From: Candidatus Nanohaloarchaea archaeon
GTDB taxonomy: Archaea > Nanohalarchaeota > Nanosalinia > Nanosalinales > Nanosalinaceae
DNA: 64,000 nucleotides
Reading direction: 5' to 3'
Assembly (NCBI GenBank): GCA_014297435.1
Contig: JACOQA010000002.1
Span: forward strand, 160,001 to 224,000
Positions 58,181 to 64,000 of the stretch are shown here, in pieces. The translations under genes were made by a program, and so were the position numbers. Position 1 is the stretch's first letter, and the number at the start of each line of letters is the position of its first letter. Below the pieces are notes generated by a model. The model was not told where the DNA came from. It saw only the letters and a list, made by a program, of their open reading frames with translations, and made no database searches.

Positions 58181-59398
58181 ATGGTAGGATCTAACACTAA
58201 CGTAGGAGAAGATGACGACAGGATCTCGGCAGACGGCGGAGAACCTGACGAAGATCAAAATCAGGACATGAACAGAGCAGGGAGAGCTAACAGCCTAACA
58301 GGTTTAGTAGATGAAACACTAGAGTCCCAAGAAGAGAGAGAAGAGACCGCACAACAAGCTATGAATAATTGGGAAGGAAATGCGGCAGAAGAAACAAATG
58401 ATGTCGTGGAGGAATACCAAGAACTCAGAGATGATGCAGGAGAAGCCACAGAATGGGAGTTCTCACAATCAACTGAGGCGGCAGAATTTGAAGATGATCT
58501 TGAGTATCATGGTGAGCTAGGCATAAGAGATTATGCTGAGACTCAGTCTGGTAAGATTGAAGGACTTACAGGAACGATAAGAAGATTCTCTGGCATGATA
58601 GCTGACAAACAAGATGAAGTACAGAGTAAGGAAGCCGACCTTGAAGGTCTTGAAGATGAAAGAGAAGAAGCTTACCAAGAAGTTGATAAAGAAGTAAACA
58701 ACATGGACGATGAAGATTTCGGACAAATGACTGCAAGCGAGTTTAGAGACTCGAAGAGAGACAGCGTGGACAGCGAATATGACAGAAAGGAGTCGGAAAT
58801 TGAAGATGACATAGAATCTCTAAGAGAGAGCATTACAGATCTAAATGAAACACTTGCTCCGGCGACATCTGAGAGAGCAGACCGAAGAGAAGAAGCTCAA
58901 GCTGTCTACAATCAGTTCGCTGAAGAAGCAGAGGAAGTTGTTTCTGACAACTTCGGTAAGCTAAGAGAAAGCCTCGGAGTTCTAAGAGAACTTGAGGTTC
59001 AACAGACTAGACACGAGCAAAAATCTGTTGATAACGGTCTTGTAGATCAGAGACAGAGCGATCAGGCAGACGCAAGAACCGAAGCGGCACTTGCATACGT
59101 TTCAGAGGCTCTAGATGAGATTGACCAGCTTGAAGATGCAGTTCAAGATCATTACAGGGTCGCTGAAGGTTTCTCAGAACTTACAGATGTAGAGACAAGA
59201 GAGCTAAAGGGAATCTACGGCGATCTTGTGGACGATGAAGCAGTAGACGGCGAAGTCGGCGAAGATCAGTTCGGTACTGAACTGCTTAGACAGAGAGTTT
59301 ACGAGGCTGCCGAATCAATCACTGCTGACGGCTATGATTCCATCAGAGAACTTAGAGATATCGCTGATGACATAGCTGGCGGTTACGAAGAGGAGTAA
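58181..59398 (+). CDS. Very acidic coiled-coil protein
   Basis: 405 aa, extended heptads; GGTGA SD and ATATAAA upstream. Confidence 0.82.
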   Translation: MVGSNTNVGEDDDRISADGGEPDEDQNQDMNRAGRANSLTGLVDETLESQEEREETAQQAMNNWEGNAAEETNDVVEEYQELRDDAGEATEWEFSQSTEAAEFEDDLEYHGELGIRDYAETQSGKIEGLTGTIRRFSGMIADKQDEVQSKEADLEGLEDEREEAYQEVDKEVNNMDDEDFGQMTASEFRDSKRDSVDSEYDRKESEIEDDIESLRESITDLNETLAPATSERADRREEAQAVYNQFAEEAEEVVSDNFGKLRESLGVLRELEVQQTRHEQKSVDNGLVDQRQSDQADARTEAALAYVSEALDEIDQLEDAVQDHYRVAEGFSELTDVETRELKGIYGDLVDDEAVDGEVGEDQFGTELLRQRVYEAAESITADGYDSIRELRDIADDIAGGYEEE

Positions 59399-59405
59399 TC
59401 TCCTC

Positions 59406-60422
59406 TCATTTCTTCTTTAATTCTACACATACACGTTTCTCGGAAGGACTTCTCTCGCCACACTCAACAACATTTACGATAGAAAGATCATCTGAAACAT
59501 TCCTGATCTCTTTCTCGATTGGTTTAAGATCATCGTTCTCAACAAAACGATAGTAATGAATCATACCATCTTTCTTCAGATGATCGTAAGCAAGTTGAAG
59601 AAAATCATTTGCTGAACCGGGTAGTGGCATCACGATACGGTCAAACATTCCAAGCTCCGGAACTTTATCGTTGACATCGCCTTCAATACCTTCAGCAGTG
59701 TCTTCAAGATCGTTAAGCTCGATGTTTTGTTTCATGTAATCGGCAGCTATCGGGTTCTTTTCGACTCCGACAACTTTTTCGGCGCCCAGTTTCCCGGCAA
59801 GAACAGCGAAAGGTCCTACACCAGCAAACATGACAAGAAATTTTTCTTCCTCCTCTATCTGGTCGCAGACACGTTTCCTTTCTGTTCCGAAACGTTCCGA
59901 GAAATAAACCTTGGTTGGATCCACTTTGTAACGAAGTCCGAACTCCTTATGAATTGTCTCTGTCTCTTCACCGTAAAGTTTTTCGTAGTCGCCTACGCGG
60001 AACTCCCCCTTTAAACCACCTTCCTGCTTCAAAATTATAGTTTTAACCTGCGGGTTGTAGTGTAAAATTCCTTCAACTGCATCTTCCCTCGATACTTTCG
60101 ATAGTTCGTTGATAACAGCAACTTCGCCTATTAGTTCGTAAGAGGGAAGGTCATAATCTTCATCTTTTTCCTCATGGATTATCGAAACATCGTTCTCCAA
60201 CTTTTCCTGAACTTCGGAAAACTCTTCATCGATGAAAACATTATCAGATGCATCAACGCTTTCCATTATTTCTTCCACAGAGTATTTTTCAGATGAGAAT
60301 GGTTTCAAAGTAAGTTCGATCTCATCATTTTTGGCAGTGATCGAAACTCCTTTTTCTTCAAGTTCGAAGCCTTGCCTCTCGAATAGTTCTTTTACTTTTT
60401 CTCTTAGCTTTTCCTGTTCCAT
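59406..60422 (-). CDS. trm5: Trm5/TYW2-family tRNA methyltransferase
   Basis: GEFR, HKEFG, KVYFS, MFAGVGPF, EKNP, DRIVMPLP; ATG 60422 (MEQEKLR). Confidence 0.88.
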   Translation of the reverse strand: MEQEKLREKVKELFERQGFELEEKGVSITAKNDEIELTLKPFSSEKYSVEEIMESVDASDNVFIDEEFSEVQEKLENDVSIIHEEKDEDYDLPSYELIGEVAVINELSKVSREDAVEGILHYNPQVKTIILKQEGGLKGEFRVGDYEKLYGEETETIHKEFGLRYKVDPTKVYFSERFGTERKRVCDQIEEEEKFLVMFAGVGPFAVLAGKLGAEKVVGVEKNPIAADYMKQNIELNDLEDTAEGIEGDVNDKVPELGMFDRIVMPLPGSANDFLQLAYDHLKKDGMIHYYRFVENDDLKPIEKEIRNVSDDLSIVNVVECGERSPSEKRVCVELKKK

Positions 60423-60457
60423 GAGATAAAAAGGTTTCCTGAGAGTTTTATACCGTA

Positions 60458-61162
60458 ATGCTATATATTGTAGGACTTGGTCTCGATGATGGAGAAGTAA
60501 CGCAGAAAGGCTTAGAAGCGCTTGAAAATGCGGAAAAAGTGTTCGCTGAGTTCTACACAAATACCGAAACAATTGATCTTGCAGAACTTGAGGAAGAGGC
60601 TGGAAAAAATATTGAGAAGCTTTCGCGCGAGGAAGTTGAACGTGAAGACAAGATAATAGGATCAGCAAAAGAAACAGATACGGCGTTCCTTGTCTCCGGT
60701 AATGCGTTAACTGCGACCACTCACTACGATATCAAACATAGAGCTGAAGAGAAAGGTATCGATGTTGAGGTTGTTCATGCACCATCAATCTTCACTTCTA
60801 TTGCGGAAACCGGTCTGAATGTTTACAAGTTCGGCAGAACGGTTACTTTGCCGAAAAAAGGCGAACCTTCTTCGATCGTAAAGCATATTGAGAAGAATGA
60901 TTCGATCGATCTTCATACTCTAGTTTTGCTTGATATTGACTATGATGCTTCGGAGGCTGCCGAAAAACTGGTTTCGATGGAAGAAAGCCTGGGTTCTAGA
61001 AAAGTTGTTGTTCTTGAAAGAGCCAATCTCGAAGACCAGAATATCTCGGTTATGAAGTTAGAGGGGGCAGCTGAGGCCGAGTTTGGTGGCACACCTCATT
61101 CAATTATCTTTGTAGGTGAGACCTCTCACAAGGAAGAAGAGTTTCTTTCAGCACACAGTTAA
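60458..61162 (+). CDS. dph5: Diphthine synthase
   Basis: MLYIVGLGL, EFYT, ATTH, YKFGRTVTLP, HTLVLLD, PHS. Confidence 0.95.
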   Translation: MLYIVGLGLDDGEVTQKGLEALENAEKVFAEFYTNTETIDLAELEEEAGKNIEKLSREEVEREDKIIGSAKETDTAFLVSGNALTATTHYDIKHRAEEKGIDVEVVHAPSIFTSIAETGLNVYKFGRTVTLPKKGEPSSIVKHIEKNDSIDLHTLVLLDIDYDASEAAEKLVSMEESLGSRKVVVLERANLEDQNISVMKLEGAAEAEFGGTPHSIIFVGETSHKEEEFLSAHS

Positions 61163-61186
61163 ATTTACAGCTTGTTAATCAGTTGT

Positions 61187-61639
61187 ATGTCGACAGCAAG
61201 CAAGAATAATTCCAGTTCTAATCTAGATAGATCTGTTGAAGCCACAGAAGCGGAGATCGAGACGGTTGAAGAGATGAGGGAAACACTTTCAGAGATGGAA
61301 AAGGAATCGGAAAGATTTCGCTCTGATATAATGGAGATACTCAAATACGTGGTGGAGGCAGAAAGAGAGCTGAAAGATGTAAAATCGAAGGAGGCTGCTG
61401 CTAAAAGGACAGGAAACCCGCGCCAGCTTGCACAAGCTGTGAGAGAAGAACATAGAACAATAGAAGAACTAAGTCATGTGAAAGAAGGCATGTCGGATCT
61501 GGCAGAGAAAATAAAGATACAGAGAGGTCTTCTAGAAGAGGCTCTAGACCTTGATGCTGAAGCAGTTGAGGAAGGAGAGCTCGCACATGAAATAGATGAG
61601 GAAGAGCTGGAAGAAATAAGAGAATCTCTTGAAACATAG
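61187..61639 (+). CDS. Acidic coiled-coil hypothetical protein
   Basis: Helical heptads; ATG 61187. Confidence 0.7.
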   Translation: MSTASKNNSSSNLDRSVEATEAEIETVEEMRETLSEMEKESERFRSDIMEILKYVVEAERELKDVKSKEAAAKRTGNPRQLAQAVREEHRTIEELSHVKEGMSDLAEKIKIQRGLLEEALDLDAEAVEEGELAHEIDEEELEEIRESLET

Positions 61640-61652
61640 AAAGTGTTTAGAA

Positions 61653-61883
61653 ATGGATGAAACACAGGAAAGACTTGAAAATGAGACGAAGAAATGGCTG
61701 GAAAAACTTGAGAAACGGGTAGAGAAAAGAGATGAAACCGTTGAGCAGATGGAAAATGTTCTTGCGTACAAGGACGATACCTACCATTTTCTTAAGGAAG
61801 ATGATTATGTAAGGGCGTGGGAGTCGGTTATCTATGCCTGGGGAATCCTTGAGACCTTGGAGAGGCTGGGAAAGTTTGAATAG
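61653..61883 (+). CDS. DUF357-family protein
   Basis: AYKDDTYHFLKEDDYVRAWESVIYAWGILE. Confidence 0.85.
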   Translation: MDETQERLENETKKWLEKLEKRVEKRDETVEQMENVLAYKDDTYHFLKEDDYVRAWESVIYAWGILETLERLGKFE

Positions 61884-61914
61884 TTAAAAACGAGCTTCTT
61901 CCAATCAAACTATT

Positions 61915-62190
61915 ATGAGGGACCCTTGGAAATACATCGCCTTTCCGATCGCCGCAGTCTCAGGCTACTTCGTATCGATCGCGGCAACCCAACAGGTTAA
62001 GGCATACCTAGGTCTCTCAGATTTTCTAACAAGAGTAATTGTTTTAGCCGCTGTCGGACTTATAGCGGGTTTTATGGTTGATGAGGTTATACCTGCCTAC
62101 ATAGAGAAAGTTAAAGGTTCTCAAGGCGGTGTCAGAGGAGATGACTTCGGTGGCGGCGGAGGTGGAGACGATTTCGACTTCGACAACTAA
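61915..62190 (+). CDS. Small membrane protein (2 TM) with Gly/Asp tail
   Basis: Two hydrophobic segments; GGGGGGDDFDF. Confidence 0.7.
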   Translation: MRDPWKYIAFPIAAVSGYFVSIAATQQVKAYLGLSDFLTRVIVLAAVGLIAGFMVDEVIPAYIEKVKGSQGGVRGDDFGGGGGGDDFDFDN

Positions 62191-62638
62191 ACTACTGGTA
62201 GGTCTCGCCGGCATCTTGATGTTATCGGGCGCTGTCTCAGGATATTATTACGGCGATGGATCAGGAAGTTCGCTTTCCACTGGTAATGCCGAATTTTCGA
62301 TTCCACAGTATAATTCTCAGGGCGAAATCCTGACTAAGTTAGTGGCTCCGTTCCTACTAGTATTCATAATATTCTATCTAGGTCTTTTCAAAGCGCTCTG
62401 GTTTGCATATGCTGACGATGATGGACCTTTCCTAACAAAGAATAAGAAGGAGGAGAAGAAGCAGGTCAGGAAGTACGCCACAATAATATCGATCCTTATT
62501 TCGGCGATGATTATTCCTTCGCCGCTTTTCCATGCGTTGAATGATTTCACGGCGATAGTTTTCGGAGGTCTTACCTACATACTTCTGGGTGCTTTGGGCT
62601 TCGCATTTTTACTGGTTCTCTGGAGCATCTTCTCCTGA
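62129..62638 (+). CDS. Membrane protein (3-4 TM); start uncertain
   Basis: APFLLVFIIFYLGL, ATIISILISAM. Confidence 0.72.
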   Translation: MSEEMTSVAAEVETISTSTTKLLVGLAGILMLSGAVSGYYYGDGSGSSLSTGNAEFSIPQYNSQGEILTKLVAPFLLVFIIFYLGLFKALWFAYADDDGPFLTKNKKEEKKQVRKYATIISILISAMIIPSPLFHALNDFTAIVFGGLTYILLGALGFAFLLVLWSIFS

Positions 62639-62682
62639 TTAAGCCCAGATAATTTATAAATTAGGTGCGAATTAACTACTGT

Positions 62683-64000
62683 ATGAATAACAAAATAAAG
62701 GCGATTCTAGCCTCCTTCTTTGTCCAGATCTCAACAGTTGCAGCTCAAAATGATCCTATCGGAGTAGCGAGTGGGAGCGGAGATTTCCAAGGACTCATAC
62801 CATTAATGTCTGATATTTTTGGATTGCAAATAGGTGGATGGCAGGACGTAGCAGTATTCGGAGCAACCATAGGTGTTTTCTGGTTATCATTCTATATTGT
62901 TATCGAGACAGCCTTGAGAAGGATGGGCAATGACTACCTGCTTAAGGCATCTGGATTAGACGAAAGTTACAACTCTGATGGCGGTATGAGTAGCAGGGTC
63001 GCGCTATTCTCGCTTTTACTGGTAGTTTCTGCCTTCGGAGCAAACGGAGTATTCGGAATAATCGAGGGTCTTCAGGGCGTTATTCTATTTGCTATGGGTT
63101 TCGGACTACTCGGAGCCATTCTCTGGGCTATCGGCGGAGGACTTATCTTCTCCGGAATGGGTGCAAAGGTCGCCGGCGAAGGAACCAAAGAATGGGGGGA
63201 AGCGGCCTCTGGAACCAAACAGTATCTCGAGGATGCGGTTGAAAACATGAACGCTGGTGGAGGTAACCAGGAGGAACATCTCGAGAAAGCTATTCAGGAC
63301 ATCAAAAATGCTGAAACAGACGTAGAAGAAATGCTCGAGATAGATATTCAGAGGATTGAAGATATTGCAGAGGAAATAAAGGAAGAGATAAGGTTTGAGG
63401 AAGATGAGATTGAAGATGAGAGAGAGATTCAACAGGTAATTAAAGACATTAGAAAGAAAATTGACAATGCAGAACGTGTTAATCCTGACCAAAGAAGGGG
63501 GAGACCAGAACAAATTTATAAGTCTATTTTAGGCTTCAACGATCAAAATGGCACAAGTTTGGAGAAAGACTTGCAGGTATTGCACAGCCTGCTTAAAAAT
63601 ATAGATGGCGATCAAGAAGGAGAGATTTCTGAGATAGAGGACGAGGTTCAGGCGATTGAGGAAACAGTAGAGGAGTTAGAAAAAGACTTCCAAGCAGTAA
63701 GAAAACTTGGAGAGATAATACGGGACAGCGAAGCCCACTGGGAGAATATAAGAGAAAGAATGGGCTCGGATGAAGAATTAGCCTTAGAAGAGTCACAAAT
63801 TGAGAAATTGGAGGGAATCATGCAAGGTCTTGGCGATCTAGAGTCTCAGGCAATAGCAGAGCTAGAACAGCTAGAAAATCTTCTTGAAAAGCAGATTACT
63901 CTCGGAGAGGAAGAAATCAAGATGCTTAGTGAAGAAATAAGTGAGTCTAAGGGATTAGAGGCAAAAATGGAAGATCTTGAGAATACAATGGTCAAAAAAC
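62683..64000 (+). CDS. Multi-TM protein with a long acidic coiled-coil; partial, runs off the window end
   Basis: Not in the ORF track. ATG 62683 follows TTTATAAA; MNNKIKAILASFFVQISTVAA leader, ~3 TM, then >250 aa of E-rich heptads with no stop. Confidence 0.85.
   Translation, partial: MNNKIKAILASFFVQISTVAAQNDPIGVASGSGDFQGLIPLMSDIFGLQIGGWQDVAVFGATIGVFWLSFYIVIETALRRMGNDYLLKASGLDESYNSDGGMSSRVALFSLLLVVSAFGANGVFGIIEGLQGVILFAMGFGLLGAILWAIGGGLIFSGMGAKVAGEGTKEWGEAASGTKQYLEDAVENMNAGGGNQEEHLEKAIQDIKNAETDVEEMLEIDIQRIEDIAEEIKEEIRFEEDEIEDEREIQQVIKDIRKKIDNAERVNPDQRRGRPEQIYKSILGFNDQNGTSLEKDLQVLHSLLKNIDGDQEGEISEIEDEVQAIEETVEELEKDFQAVRKLGEIIRDSEAHWENIRERMGSDEELALEESQIEKLEGIMQGLGDLESQAIAELEQLENLLEKQITLGEEEIKMLSEEISESKGLEAKMEDLENTMVKK

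Noticed and set aside
60423-60668. N-terminal extension of the 420-aa Trm5 ORF
   Set aside because: Overlaps dph5 antisense; the real start is ATG 60422.
1-64000. CRISPR arrays, rRNA, IS elements, integrases
   Set aside because: No regularly spaced repeats, rRNA signatures or transposase/recombinase motifs were seen by eye.

Overview
Gene-dense archaeal DNA with an acidic proteome, minimal intergenic spacers and TATA boxes ~25-30 nt before start codons. It most resembles a Nanohaloarchaeota (halophilic DPANN) genome; this is inferred from composition and gene content. Bases 2,000-30,350 form a large surface-glycosylation island: six glycosyltransferases, FkbM methyltransferase, UDP-glucose dehydrogenase, nucleotidyltransferase, flippase, formyltransferase, two epimerases, AglH/Alg7 and AglB. 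Embedded in it is the best candidate for an undescribed system, a putative glycan-sulfation module: seven alkaline-phosphatase (AlkP) superfamily genes, a CysD-like enzyme and two small RHH proteins. Both RHH proteins and the CysD-like enzyme end in the same LxxLGY tail. One AlkP paralog is frameshifted at a (GA)6 microsatellite, a candidate phase-variation switch. The rest holds secFD, nac, a DNA-repair/SAMP cluster, tRNA-Ser(GCT) with a decayed gene running into its 3' end, htrA, pelota, a family of paralogous surface lipoproteins, large Ig-repeat surface proteins, acidic coiled-coil proteins, trm5 and dph5. Genes at both window edges are partial and missing from the ORF track. All family assignments come from motif recognition by eye, not database searches.
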